Source: Caulobacterales bacterium
GTDB taxonomy: Bacteria; Pseudomonadota; Alphaproteobacteria; Caulobacterales; Caulobacteraceae
Length of the DNA: 64,000 nucleotides
Reading direction: 5' to 3'
Assembly (NCBI GenBank): GCA_044445785.1
Contig: JBIOEF010000002.1
Span: 13,831-77,830 of the forward strand
Shown here piece after piece: positions 30,227 to 40,355 of this stretch (positions are counted from its first letter, which is position 1; each line of letters begins with the position of its first letter). Under the pieces are notes generated by a model. It saw only the letters and a list, made by a program, of their open reading frames with translations. It was not told where the DNA came from and did no database searches. Both the position numbers and the translations under genes were made by a program.

Positions 30227-30330
30227 GATTCGTTAACAACCCATTGGAATCACGATGATTCACTATCGCTTAACCCGCGAATCGGGGGAAGCGAAAATCT
30301 CGCCTGCGACAAAGATTCTCAGAAAGAGTC
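30227..30330. promoter_or_regulatory. GANTC cluster plus CtrA-type box
   Basis: Six GANTC sites (30227, 30247, 30257, 30279, 30314, 30326); TTCA-N7-TTAAC at 30259-30274. Confidence 0.6.
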
Positions 30331-30345
30331 AAGCGGACGCGAAGA

Positions 30346-30371
30346 CGCCCGCCGGTCGAGCCAGGCGGGCG
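30346..30371 (-). terminator. Hairpin downstream of mucR
   Basis: CGCCCGCC...GGCGGGCG inverted repeat. Confidence 0.5.
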
Positions 30372-30400
30372 CCTCCGAAATGTCGAGTCGATGGAGTCGG

Positions 30401-30820
30401 TTAGCGCCGCTTGCGGGTCGCCTGGCGGCCGCCCTGGCCCAGACCCATCTGCTTGGCCAGCTCCGAGCGGGCCTTGGCGTAGTTCGGGGCCACCATCGGG
30501 TAGTCCTTGGGCAGGTTCCACTTGGCCCGATAGTCCTCGGGGCTCATGTTGTACTTGGTCCGCAGGTGGCGCTTCAGCGACTTGAACTTGCGGCCGTCCT
30601 CCAGACAGATCAGGAAATCGGGGGTGATCGAGCGGCGGATCGGCACCGCCGGCTCCTTCGGCGCGGCTTCCACGGGCTCGGCGCCGCCAGTGACGTTGGT
30701 CAGCGCCCGGTGCACGCTCTGGATCAGCGCCGGAAGATCGCTGGTGGCGATGGTGTTGTTGCCCACATAAGCCGACACGATATCGGCGGTCATCTCAATG
30801 ACTTCGGATTTTTCATCCAT
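30401..30820 (-). CDS. mucR: MucR/Ros zinc-finger regulator
   Basis: TADIVSAYV, ICLEDGRKFKSLKRHL, YPMVAPNYA..RS.LAK.MGLG. Confidence 0.97.
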   Translation of the reverse strand: MDEKSEVIEMTADIVSAYVGNNTIATSDLPALIQSVHRALTNVTGGAEPVEAAPKEPAVPIRRSITPDFLICLEDGRKFKSLKRHLRTKYNMSPEDYRAKWNLPKDYPMVAPNYAKARSELAKQMGLGQGGRQATRKRR

Positions 30821-31139
30821 GATTTTCCGTCCCGTCCTGCCCCAATAGATGGAAATTGATCTGAGTCCTCAGATCACTCGATGGGTTCTTATAGAAGGCG
30901 AGGCGAAGTCACAAGAGCGCGCGGCAATCCTGTTTTCACATTCCACAGCGAAGATGAGTGAAGTGAAATTCGCGGCTAACATAGCAGACGGTCGACTCAT
31001 CGACCGAATGCGGTTCTATCCGGGCCGACCCGAAACGTGGTTGTCCGGCGCTGTTGCACTGTCGAGCGGCCGATCTCGGCGCGGCCACTGCTTACGGCGT
31101 CGGCAGGAAAATTGACCGGCCCGGCGCCGCCGCACGAGC

Positions 31140-32366
31140 TCAGCGGTCGGTTTCGGAGGCGAAGGCCAGCATGGCCGCGCGCTGCGGCGGCGAAAACGCG
31201 TCGAGGGAGCCCTCGTCCTGCTCGGTGACCGCCTTGAGCAGCGCCGGGGTCATGGCCGAGGAGAGCGCCCAGTTCCAGTAGCGCAGCACCGTCTGCGCCC
31301 GATCGACGGCGATCATGTCGAAGATCGCGATCACCCGCGCCAGTTCGGGCGCCACCTCGCCTGTCTCGTCGGTTTCGGGCCGGCCGAGCGCCTTCCAGAG
31401 GAGGCGCAAGCTGGCGCGCGAGAGGCCCGCCGCTTTGCACAGCACCGCCAGCGGCTCGCCGCCCTTGTCGTTCATGATCTTGGCCCCGGTCATGGGCTTG
31501 AGCCCCGCCAGATAGGCGATCTCCTCGGCGAGCTCGCGGGTGAGACCGGCGGCGGTGGCGTTGATCGCCTCTTCCAGGCTGGCGAAGGGGCTTTTGTCGA
31601 TCGCCGCGCGGTTACGCTGACGCCGCTCGATGAACTGCAGGGCCTTGCGCACCAGATCGTCCTGCCAGCCGCCGTCCGCGGCCATCGGGAAAACGTCGCT
31701 GGTCGCTTCCTGCAGCACTTCGCGCGAGACCGCGAACCGTTGCAGGATCGTGCGCCGCGCGTCCGCTTCGGCCCACCAGAAGAGCACATAGGCGTGGCTG
31801 GGTCGCAGTTCCGGCCGGCGCAGCAGCATCGGCACCAGCTGCGCCTGGTTCTGGGTCATCGCCACCACCGTCTCGATGGCCGCGTGGGAGAAGCGCGCCT
31901 GGTCGTTGCGCAGCAGCGCCTCGACCACCAGCGTCTCGCCGCCCTGCACCAGCGCCTCGGCGATCACCTCCGAGACGCCGCGGCGTTGGGCGATCAGCCG
32001 GCGGTGCGCGCCGGTGGCGTTGAGGATGCAGTCCATCAGGTCCGCATCGTTCAGCGAAGCGCTCTCGGCCAGCAGCGGATAGGCGATGTCGAGCTCGTCG
32101 TGCAGGATCAGCCGCACCAGGCAGTTGGGGATCTCGGTGAGGCTGGCCAGCCGCTGCGCCACGCGGGCGCGCTCCTCGAAATCGGCGTCGCGCAGAATCT
32201 CCACCAGCAGATCGGCGGTCACCGAGCGCTCGAAGGCGTTGACCCGGCTGGAGGGGAGGCTGACCACGTCGGCCAGGCGCTTCAGGAGCGCCAGCCGGGC
32301 GCGGTTCTTCGGCCGCTCCGGCTCGGGCGGCGTCTCCTCGGTTTCGAACGGTGAGGCTTCGCTCAT
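31140..32366 (-). CDS. DUF2336 domain protein
   Basis: Helical-repeat protein with IA.PLL.ES..L.DADL, HR..IAQR, LL.N..A.FS patterns. Confidence 0.8.
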   Translation of the reverse strand: MSEASPFETEETPPEPERPKNRARLALLKRLADVVSLPSSRVNAFERSVTADLLVEILRDADFEERARVAQRLASLTEIPNCLVRLILHDELDIAYPLLAESASLNDADLMDCILNATGAHRRLIAQRRGVSEVIAEALVQGGETLVVEALLRNDQARFSHAAIETVVAMTQNQAQLVPMLLRRPELRPSHAYVLFWWAEADARRTILQRFAVSREVLQEATSDVFPMAADGGWQDDLVRKALQFIERRQRNRAAIDKSPFASLEEAINATAAGLTRELAEEIAYLAGLKPMTGAKIMNDKGGEPLAVLCKAAGLSRASLRLLWKALGRPETDETGEVAPELARVIAIFDMIAVDRAQTVLRYWNWALSSAMTPALLKAVTEQDEGSLDAFSPPQRAAMLAFASETDR

Positions 32367-32469
32367 CGAATCCGGTGCAGTGACTCCAAGCGCCCGATCA
32401 GACCAGAGCGGCGTTAACCGCGCGTTTCTTATCTTCGGCGGCCGCTGGCTCCCTTAGGGGCGGCCGGCG

Positions 32470-33357
32470 TCAGCTGAACTCTGGCGCATGCCAGTGGGGC
32501 CAGATGTTGGGGACGTCGGCGGAGACCTTGTCGGGGAACTTCGGCGCCCGCTTTTCCAGGAATGAGCTCACTCCCTCGCGCACGTCCGCCTGGGCGCCGC
32601 GCAGCTGGATGCCGCGGCTGTCGGCCTGGTGCGCCTCCATCGGATGGCGGGCGCCGGCCATGCGCCAGATCATCTGCCGGGTGATGGCGACGGAGACCGG
32701 CGCGGTGTTGTCGATGATCTCGCGCGCTAGCGCCCGGGCGGCGGGCAGCAGCTCGTCCGGCGCGTGCAGCGAGCGCACCAGTCCCTTCTCCTTGGCCTCG
32801 GCCGCTGGGAAGACGCGGCCGGTGAAGCACCATTCCAGCGCCGTCTGCACGCCCACCAGGTGCGGCAGGAACCACGACGAGCAGGCCTCCGGGTTGAGGC
32901 CCCGCCGGGCGAAGACGAAGCCGTAGCGCGCCTCGGTGGAGGCCAGGCGGATGTCCATGGCCAGCTGCATGGTCGCGCCGACCCCCACCGCCGGCCCATT
33001 CACCGCCGCGATCACCGGCTTGAGGCTATCGAAGATGCGCAGGGTGAGCAGTCCGCCGCCGTCGCGGACCACGTCGCCCACCCGGCCTCGCTCGCGCGCG
33101 CCCTCCTGACGGGTGTTGCGGTTGAAAGTGTCCGGTCCGGCCGAGAGGTCGGCGCCGGCGCAGAAGCCGCGCCCGGCGCCGGTGACGATCACGGCCTTCA
33201 CCGCATCGTCCGCATCGGTGGCGTCGAAGGCGGCGATCATGTCGACCATCATCTGGGTGGTGAAGGCGTTCAGCCGCTCGGGCCGGTTCAGGGTGATGGT
33301 GGCGACGCCATCGTCGACGGCGTAGAGCAGGGTCTCGAAGGTGGGGGTGGTCATCAA
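32470..33357 (-). CDS. Crotonase/enoyl-CoA hydratase family protein
   Basis: ITLNRPERLNA, FCAGADL, KPVIAAVNGPAVGVG. Confidence 0.93.
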   Translation of the reverse strand: MMTTPTFETLLYAVDDGVATITLNRPERLNAFTTQMMVDMIAAFDATDADDAVKAVIVTGAGRGFCAGADLSAGPDTFNRNTRQEGARERGRVGDVVRDGGGLLTLRIFDSLKPVIAAVNGPAVGVGATMQLAMDIRLASTEARYGFVFARRGLNPEACSSWFLPHLVGVQTALEWCFTGRVFPAAEAKEKGLVRSLHAPDELLPAARALAREIIDNTAPVSVAITRQMIWRMAGARHPMEAHQADSRGIQLRGAQADVREGVSSFLEKRAPKFPDKVSADVPNIWPHWHAPEFS

Positions 33358-33479
33358 TGGGCCTCCTGGCGGATTTCACGAGCGCGGGGCTGACGCCGCG
33401 ACAGTCAATCCGCGCCCTTTACGGCCGTCGCCCGCCCGACCATAAGTCTCTGAACAGCGATAAGTCAGTGGAGGCGTCC

Positions 33480-35153
33480 GTGAGCGATCCCATCTTGGCC
33501 GACTACATCGTGGTGGGCGCGGGATCGGCCGGCTGCGTGCTCGCCAACCGCCTGACCGCCGACGGCAAGACCCGCGTGCTCTTGCTGGAAGCCGGCGGCG
33601 ATGACCGGCCGACCAAGAACCTCTCCCAGTTCGTCTCCAACCTGATGATCCACGTGCCGGTGGGCTATTCCTCGACGCTGAAGGACCCGAAGGTGAACTG
33701 GCTCTACCCCACCGAGCCCGATCCGGGCACTGGCGGACGAACCCACGTCTGGCCGCGCGGCAAGGTGCTGGGCGGATCGTCCTCGATCAATGGCCTTCTT
33801 TACGTCCGCGGCCAGCACGCCGACTACGACGGCTGGCGCCAGCTGGGCTGCGAAGGCTGGTCCTGGGACGACGTGCGCGGCTACTTCCTGCGGGCGGAGA
33901 ACCAGGAGCGCGCGGGCCTTGGCGACTGGCACGCCACCGGCGGGCCGCTCAACGTCTCCGATGTCAGCCAGACGCACGAGGTCTCCGACGACGTGGTCGA
34001 GGCCTGCGTTACGGCCGGCATCCCGCGCAACCACGACATCAATGGCGCGAGCCAAGAGGGCGTCACCTACTACCAGCTGACGGTCAAGAACGGCCAGCGC
34101 TGCTCGGCCGCGGTCGCCTATCTGCATCCGGTGATGAACCGGCCGAACCTGCGGGTCGAGACCGGCGCGCTCACCACCAAGGTGGTGTTCCAGGGCAAGC
34201 GCGCGGTGGGGGTCGAGTATCGACAGGACGGCGAGGTCAAGACCGCCAGGGCCGACATCGAGGTGATCCTTTGCGGCGGCACGATCAATTCGCCCCAGCT
34301 GCTGCAGCTCTCGGGCGTCGGTCCCGCGGCGCTGCTGAAGGAACACGGGATCGAGGTGGTGGCCGACCTCGCCGGCGTCGGCGAGAATCTGCAGGACCAC
34401 TACGTCATCACCAACACCTATCGGCTGAAGCCGGGCACCATCTCGGTCAATGAGCTGACCCACGGCGCGCGGTTCCTGGGCGAGACGCTGAAGTACCTTT
34501 TCCAGCGCAAGGGCCTTCTAAGTCTTTCGGCCGCGCACATCGCCGCCTTCTGCAAGTCGCGGCCGGAGCTGGCCACCCCCGACATCCAGTTCCACATCCT
34601 GCCGGCGACGATGGACACCCAGAAGCTCATGGAACAGCAAGTGATGGAACTGGAGCGCGAGCCCGGGCTCACCATCGCTCCGTGCCAGGTCCGGCCCGAG
34701 AGCCGCGGCACGATCCGCATCAGGTCCGCAGATCCAACGGTCTATCCCGCCATCGCCCCCAATTACCTCGCCGACCCCATTGACCAGCAGGTGGCGGTGG
34801 CGGGGCTTAAGTGGGGCCGCAAGATCGCCTCTCAGCCGGCGCTGGCCAAGTGGATCGACCACGAGATGGCGCCCGGCGAGGCGTTCAAGAACGACAAGAT
34901 GCTGCTGGAGTTCGCCCGCATGGCCGGCTCGACCATCTACCACCCCGTGGGCACCTGCCAGATGGGTCATGGCCCGGCCGCCGTGGTCGACCCGCAGCTC
35001 AGGGTTCACGGCGTCCAGGGCCTGCGCGTGGTCGACGCCTCGGTCATGCCGCGCCTCGTCTCGGGCAACACCAACGCTCCCACCATCGTGATCGCCGAGA
35101 AGGCCGCCGACCTCATCCTGGGCAAGGCGCCGTCGGCGGCTCTAGCGGCCTGA
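33480..35153 (+). CDS. GMC oxidoreductase (choline/alcohol dehydrogenase-like)
   Basis: GAGSAG, GKVLGGSSSING, YHPVGTC, GNTNAP; GTG start after GGAGG. Confidence 0.95.
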   Translation: MSDPILADYIVVGAGSAGCVLANRLTADGKTRVLLLEAGGDDRPTKNLSQFVSNLMIHVPVGYSSTLKDPKVNWLYPTEPDPGTGGRTHVWPRGKVLGGSSSINGLLYVRGQHADYDGWRQLGCEGWSWDDVRGYFLRAENQERAGLGDWHATGGPLNVSDVSQTHEVSDDVVEACVTAGIPRNHDINGASQEGVTYYQLTVKNGQRCSAAVAYLHPVMNRPNLRVETGALTTKVVFQGKRAVGVEYRQDGEVKTARADIEVILCGGTINSPQLLQLSGVGPAALLKEHGIEVVADLAGVGENLQDHYVITNTYRLKPGTISVNELTHGARFLGETLKYLFQRKGLLSLSAAHIAAFCKSRPELATPDIQFHILPATMDTQKLMEQQVMELEREPGLTIAPCQVRPESRGTIRIRSADPTVYPAIAPNYLADPIDQQVAVAGLKWGRKIASQPALAKWIDHEMAPGEAFKNDKMLLEFARMAGSTIYHPVGTCQMGHGPAAVVDPQLRVHGVQGLRVVDASVMPRLVSGNTNAPTIVIAEKAADLILGKAPSAALAA

Positions 35154-35158
35154 CACCC

Positions 35159-36700
35159 ATGCATCCCTCGGAACACGCCAAGACCCACCCGAACAAGCCG
35201 GCCTACATCATGGCCAGCTCCGGCGAGACCGTGACCTTCGCCGAGCTGGAGGCGCGGTCCAACCAGGGCGCGCATCTGCTCCGGAGCCTGGGCGTCCAGG
35301 CCGGCGATTCGGTCGCCATCTTCATGGAGAACACCGCCCGCTACTACGAGGTGCTGTGGGCGGCCCAACGCGCCGGCGTGCGCTTCACCTGCATCTCCTC
35401 CAAGCTCACCGTCGGCGAGGCGGCCTATATCGTCGGCGACTGCGAGGCCAAGGTGCTGGTCGCCTCCGCCTCGCTGGCGGGCGTCGCACGGGAGATCGCG
35501 GCGCTGGCGCCGGGCGTGAAGGTCTATGTCACCGACGCCGACGCCCCGCCCTTCGAGCGCTGGGAGACCGCGCGCGCCGCCTTTCAGGAGACCCCGATCG
35601 CCGACGAAGTCGCCGGCGGCGCCATGCTCTATTCGTCCGGCACCACCGGCCGGCCCAAGGGGGTCAAGCGGGCGATGGATCTCACCGCGCCGATCGGCGG
35701 GCCCAATCCGCTGGCGATGCTGGGGATGGGGCTCTACGGCTGGACTCCAGACAGCGTCTACCTATCGCCAGCGCCGCTCTATCACGCCGCCCCGCTCGGC
35801 TGGTCGATGGCCATGCAGGCGCTGGGCGGGACGGTGGTGGTGATGGAGCGGTTCGACGCCGAGGACGCTCTGCGCTTCATCGAAAAGTACAAGGTCACCA
35901 CCGCCCAATGGGTGCCCACCCACTTCGTGCGGATGCTCAAGCTCCCCGCCGAGGCGCGCGAGAAGTACGACGTCTCCTCGCTGAAGAGCGTCTTCCACGC
36001 CGCCGCGCCCTGCCCGGTGCCGGTGAAGGAAGCGATGATGGCCTGGTGGGGCCCGATCATCCACGAGTACTACGCCGGCACCGAGGGCAACGGCTTCTGC
36101 ATCATCGGGCCCGAGGAATGGCTGGCCAAGAAGGGTTCGGTGGGCAAGGCGCTCAATTCCCAGGTGATGATCTGCGGCGAGGAGGGCGAGGTGCTGGGCA
36201 CGCGCCAGGAGGGCCTGGTCTATTTCGCCGGAGGCGGCCAGTTCGAGTACCACAACGACCCGGCCAAGACCGCCGAGAGCCGCCACGCCCAGGGCTGGAC
36301 GACGCTGGGCGACGTGGGCTGGCTGGACGAGGACGGCTACCTCTACCTCACCGACCGCAAGAGCTTCATGATCATCTCCGGCGGGGTGAACATCTATCCG
36401 CAGGAGATCGAGAACCTCCTGATCGGCCATCCGAAGGTCGCCGACGTGGCCGTGGTCGGCGCGCCGCACGAGGAGATGGGCGAAGAGGTAGTGGCGGTGA
36501 TCCAGCCGGCGGATTGGTCTGAGGCCGGCGACGAACTGGCGGCCGAGCTTTCCGCCTACGCCCGGGCCAACCTCAGCCACGTCAAGACGCCGCGCCGGAT
36601 CGACTTCATGGCCGAACTGCCGCGCCATCCCACCGGCAAACTCTACAAGCGCCTGATCCGCGACGCCTACTGGGCCAAGGAAGGCGCCAAGATCGGCTGA
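35159..36700 (+). CDS. Acyl-CoA synthetase
   Basis: YSSGTTGRPKG, YAGTEG, GDVG, LPRHPTGKL. Confidence 0.95.
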   Translation: MHPSEHAKTHPNKPAYIMASSGETVTFAELEARSNQGAHLLRSLGVQAGDSVAIFMENTARYYEVLWAAQRAGVRFTCISSKLTVGEAAYIVGDCEAKVLVASASLAGVAREIAALAPGVKVYVTDADAPPFERWETARAAFQETPIADEVAGGAMLYSSGTTGRPKGVKRAMDLTAPIGGPNPLAMLGMGLYGWTPDSVYLSPAPLYHAAPLGWSMAMQALGGTVVVMERFDAEDALRFIEKYKVTTAQWVPTHFVRMLKLPAEAREKYDVSSLKSVFHAAAPCPVPVKEAMMAWWGPIIHEYYAGTEGNGFCIIGPEEWLAKKGSVGKALNSQVMICGEEGEVLGTRQEGLVYFAGGGQFEYHNDPAKTAESRHAQGWTTLGDVGWLDEDGYLYLTDRKSFMIISGGVNIYPQEIENLLIGHPKVADVAVVGAPHEEMGEEVVAVIQPADWSEAGDELAAELSAYARANLSHVKTPRRIDFMAELPRHPTGKLYKRLIRDAYWAKEGAKIG

Positions 36701-36716
36701 GCCGCGGCGCAGCGGC

Positions 36717-37958
36717 TCACACCCGCTCGGGAATCCGCACCATCAGCTGGCGGTAGGCGCGCAGGAAGCAGGACTTCAGCCGCACCGGCTCGCCGATGAC
36801 CTCGATCGTCGGGAAGCGCTTCATGATCTCTTCCCAGACGATGCCCAGCTGCATCTCCGCCAGGCGCATGCCGACGCACCGGTGGATGCCGAAGCCGAAG
36901 GAGACGTGGTGGCGGGGCCGCTCGCGGTCGACGATGAAGGCGTCGGGACTGTCGATCACCGTGTCGTCGCGGTTGCCCGAGACGTACCACATGACCACCT
37001 TCTCGCCCTTCCTGATCGTCTTGCCGCCGAACTCGATGTCCTCCTTGGCAGTGCGGCGCATGTGCGCGACCGGCGTCTGCCAGCGGACGATCTCGGGCAC
37101 CATCGAGCCGATCAGCTCGGGCTTGGCGCGCACCCGCTGGTAGACGTCCGGGTTTTGCGTCAGCGCCATCAGCCCGCCGGAGATCGAGTTGCGGGTGGTG
37201 TCGTTGCCGCCGACGATCAGGAGCAGGATGTTGCCCAGGAACTCCATCAGCTGCATGTCCCGCGTCGCCTCGCCGTGGGCCAGCATCGAGATCAGGTCGT
37301 TGGCCGGCGCCGCCTTGGCCCGCGTGTCCCACAGGGTCTGGAAGTAGGCCGCGCAGCCCATCAGCTCGGCCCGCGCCTCGTCCATGGTCATCACGTCGCT
37401 CATGTCGGTGGTGGCCAGGTCCGACCAGTAGGTGAGCTTGCGGCGCTCTTCGAACGGGAAGTCGAACAGGGTCGCCAGCATCTGGGTGGTCAGCTCGATC
37501 GAGACCCGGTCCACCCAGTCGAACGGCTCGCCGATCGGCAACTCGTCGAGGATCTTGGCCGCCCGCGCGCGGATCAGCGGCTCCATGTTGGCCAGGTTCG
37601 CGTGCGAGACGATCGGGGTGATCACCTTGCGCTGGGCGTCGTGCTTGGGCGGATCCATGGCGATGAACATCGGCAGCACGAAATCGTCCTGCTGGTCCTG
37701 GATCGAGATCGAGCCCTCGGAGGAGAAGACGCTGTGGTTGGTCTCCACCGCGACGATGTCGTCGAAGCGCGTCACCGACCAGTAGGGGCCGAACTGGCTC
37801 TCGGCGGTGTAGTGGACCGGCGCCTCGCGGCGCAGGCGCTCGAAGAACGGCCAGATGGTGTTGTTCTGGAAGCGGTCCTCGAGGCTGACGTCGATCTTGT
37901 CGAGCGGCGTCGAATAGGCTTCGGCGCGCGCGGCGTCGAAAATGGCGTCATCGGGCAT
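36717..37958 (-). CDS. Cytochrome P450 (CYP153-like)
   Basis: MFIAMDPPKHD.QR, LLIVGGNDTTRNS, FGFGIHRCVG heme motif. Confidence 0.93.
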   Translation of the reverse strand: MPDDAIFDAARAEAYSTPLDKIDVSLEDRFQNNTIWPFFERLRREAPVHYTAESQFGPYWSVTRFDDIVAVETNHSVFSSEGSISIQDQQDDFVLPMFIAMDPPKHDAQRKVITPIVSHANLANMEPLIRARAAKILDELPIGEPFDWVDRVSIELTTQMLATLFDFPFEERRKLTYWSDLATTDMSDVMTMDEARAELMGCAAYFQTLWDTRAKAAPANDLISMLAHGEATRDMQLMEFLGNILLLIVGGNDTTRNSISGGLMALTQNPDVYQRVRAKPELIGSMVPEIVRWQTPVAHMRRTAKEDIEFGGKTIRKGEKVVMWYVSGNRDDTVIDSPDAFIVDRERPRHHVSFGFGIHRCVGMRLAEMQLGIVWEEIMKRFPTIEVIGEPVRLKSCFLRAYRQLMVRIPERV

Positions 37959-38114
37959 CGGGCGGCCCTCCCTCTATGCAGGTGCGAAGGTGACACCGGC
38001 GTCACCCTTTGGAAAGACACGTTTGGATCAGATTGGGCGCGCGGCGACGCCTTGCCTTGCCCCTCCATTCGTTGTCAGACGGACGACCGACGGTATCGGC
38101 GAGGAGGCGAGACG

Positions 38115-38564
38115 ATGGAAGCGGTTGAGATCAGGGATCTGCCGGGGCTGGTGGGCAAGGAGGTCGGGGTTTCCGACTGGCTTGAGATCACCCAGGAGCG
38201 GGTCAATCTGTTCGCCGACGCCACCGGCGACCACCAGTGGATCCACGTGGACGTTGAACGCGCCACCCGCGAAATCGGCGGGCCCATCGCCCATGGCTAC
38301 CTGACGCTCTCGCTGATCCCGTTCCTCTCGGCCGGGATGATGCCGGTGAAGGGCGTGACGCGGGGCATCAACTATGGCTCCGACAAGGTCCGCTTCACCA
38401 GCATGGTGCGGGTGGGAAAGCGCGTGCGCCTGCGCCAGACGCTGATCGGCGTGGAGCCGAAGTCCGGGGGCACCCAGATCAAGAACCAGTGCACCATCGA
38501 GATCGAGGGCGAAGAGCGCCCGGCCTGCGTCGCCGAGACGATCTCGGTGATCTACGGGGCTTAG
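38115..38564 (+). CDS. MaoC family dehydratase
   Basis: FADATGDHQWIHVD, IAHGYLTLS, INYG..KVRF. Confidence 0.93.
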   Translation: MEAVEIRDLPGLVGKEVGVSDWLEITQERVNLFADATGDHQWIHVDVERATREIGGPIAHGYLTLSLIPFLSAGMMPVKGVTRGINYGSDKVRFTSMVRVGKRVRLRQTLIGVEPKSGGTQIKNQCTIEIEGEERPACVAETISVIYGA

Positions 38565-39397
38565 CGGCTGTAGGCCGCGTCCTCGGCAGTGATCAGGCCG
38601 GGGACGACCGGCGGCGCGGGTTTGACCGCCGCCTGGACCGTGGGCGGAACCGGATTGGGATTGTCCAGCAGCGCCAGTGTCTCGCGGATGAACTTGGCGT
38701 GCAGCACCACCCCGATGGCCAGGTTCTGGCTGTTCAGCTCAACTTGGCGGGTCAGCATGCCGGCGATGAACTGCGCCGGCGCGTCGCCCTCAGCGCCAGG
38801 CCGGCGACGCGCATTGTCGGCCATGTAGACCGGGCCGCCGGAATTGCCGGGGAAGACGTTGAAATCGAGCAGGAAAGCCGGGAACGCGGCGGCCGGGCTC
38901 AATGGGAACGAAGCCACCCGCCCCGAGCGCAGGATCGGAAAGCCCGCGGTGTTGGCCGAAAGACCCTCCGGATAGCCCAGCGCCAGCATCTCGTCGCCTG
39001 GCCCCAGGTCGTATTTCTTGAACGTGTCGTCGGTGGCCAGCCAGTCCTCGGGAATCGCCGCCTTGGCGAACTCCGGCGGCGCGTCGATGGAGATCACCGC
39101 CACGTCGCGCTCGGGATTGTGGGTCCAGAGCTCCTTGGCGCCGTCGCGAATCTTCAGCGGCTCCGGGTTGAAACGCCAGCTGCCGTCGGCGTTCTCCACC
39201 CGAAAGCCGATCGTGGCGATGGGGCCGGGCATCTTGTCGAAGACGTGGTTGGCGGTGACCAGCACCACCCGCGGCTTGCCGTCCGGGGTGGGATCGGAAA
39301 TCAGGAAGCCGGTGCCGACCGTCCGCGTGCCATCGCCCAGCGGCTGGTCCACCTGCACAGTCGCCTGGATCAGATCGATGGACAGGTCTATGGCCAC
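38561..39397 (-). CDS. Trypsin-like serine protease
   Basis: GTGFLI, TANHV, DVAV, PGNSGGPV catalytic triad motifs. Confidence 0.9.
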   Translation of the reverse strand: MAIDLSIDLIQATVQVDQPLGDGTRTVGTGFLISDPTPDGKPRVVLVTANHVFDKMPGPIATIGFRVENADGSWRFNPEPLKIRDGAKELWTHNPERDVAVISIDAPPEFAKAAIPEDWLATDDTFKKYDLGPGDEMLALGYPEGLSANTAGFPILRSGRVASFPLSPAAAFPAFLLDFNVFPGNSGGPVYMADNARRRPGAEGDAPAQFIAGMLTRQVELNSQNLAIGVVLHAKFIRETLALLDNPNPVPPTVQAAVKPAPPVVPGLITAEDAAYSR

Positions 39398-39526
39398 CGA
39401 CGCCCCCCTAAGCTGAAACCGACTCGAATTCCCAATTGATGCGCCGCTCATTTGACCAAATCCTTTACGGCGCACAAGCTGCGTCCATGCCGCATGCGCA
39501 CAACGGCCTGACGATCGGCGCGGCCT

Positions 39527-40339
39527 GTGTCGGCTGAGGCGCCCCGCCGGCTGGCCCTGGTCACCGGGGCGTCAGCCGGACTGGGCGCGGCGTTCGCCAG
39601 GGCCTATGCGGCGCGGGGCCTGGACGTGGCGCTGGTGGCGAGGCGCGCCGACCGTCTGGAGGCCCTGGCCGAGGAGCTGAGGCGCGCGCACGCCATCGAA
39701 GCCGTCGTCATCGCCGCCGACCTGGCCGCGTGGGAGGCGCACGCGCCGGTGCTGCAGGCGCTGGCCGACCGCGGCCGGGCGGTCGACGTGCTGGTCAACA
39801 ACGCCGGCTTCGGCATCGCCAAGAGCTTCGCCGCCGTCCCCTGGGAGCGGCAGCGTGACTTCCTGATGACCATGGCGGTCAGCGTCTGCGGCCTGGCCCA
39901 CGGCGTGATCCCAGGCATGGTGGAGCGTGGCGCTGGCTCGATCATCAACGTCGCCTCGCTGGCGGCCTTCTCGCCGGGCGTCGCCGGCAACTCACTCTAT
40001 CCGGGCGTGAAGAGCCTGGTGCTGAAGTTCAGCCAGGCGCTGGACGCCGAATACCGCGCCAAGGGCCTGAAGGTCACCGCCATCTGCCCAGGCTTCACCA
40101 AGACCGAGTTCGCCGCCGCCGCCGGCGTCCAGGAGATCATGGACCGCGAGCCGCGCCTGCTCTCGCAGTCGGCCGAGGCGGTGGTGGAGAGCGCGATCGC
40201 CGCCAACGCGCTGGGCAAGGTGGTGGTGATCCCCGGCTGGCACAACAAGCTCGCCGCCGGCCTGATGCGCACCCTGCCCGAACCTCTGGTCAGGGCGATC
40301 ATCGCCGCAGGCTCTGCGAAATATCATCTGGAAGAGTGA
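39527..40339 (+). CDS. SDR family oxidoreductase
   Basis: TGASAGLG, NNAG, YPGVK. Confidence 0.93.
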   Translation: MSAEAPRRLALVTGASAGLGAAFARAYAARGLDVALVARRADRLEALAEELRRAHAIEAVVIAADLAAWEAHAPVLQALADRGRAVDVLVNNAGFGIAKSFAAVPWERQRDFLMTMAVSVCGLAHGVIPGMVERGAGSIINVASLAAFSPGVAGNSLYPGVKSLVLKFSQALDAEYRAKGLKVTAICPGFTKTEFAAAAGVQEIMDREPRLLSQSAEAVVESAIAANALGKVVVIPGWHNKLAAGLMRTLPEPLVRAIIAAGSAKYHLEE

Positions 40340-40355
40340 GATGGGGGAGGGGTCG

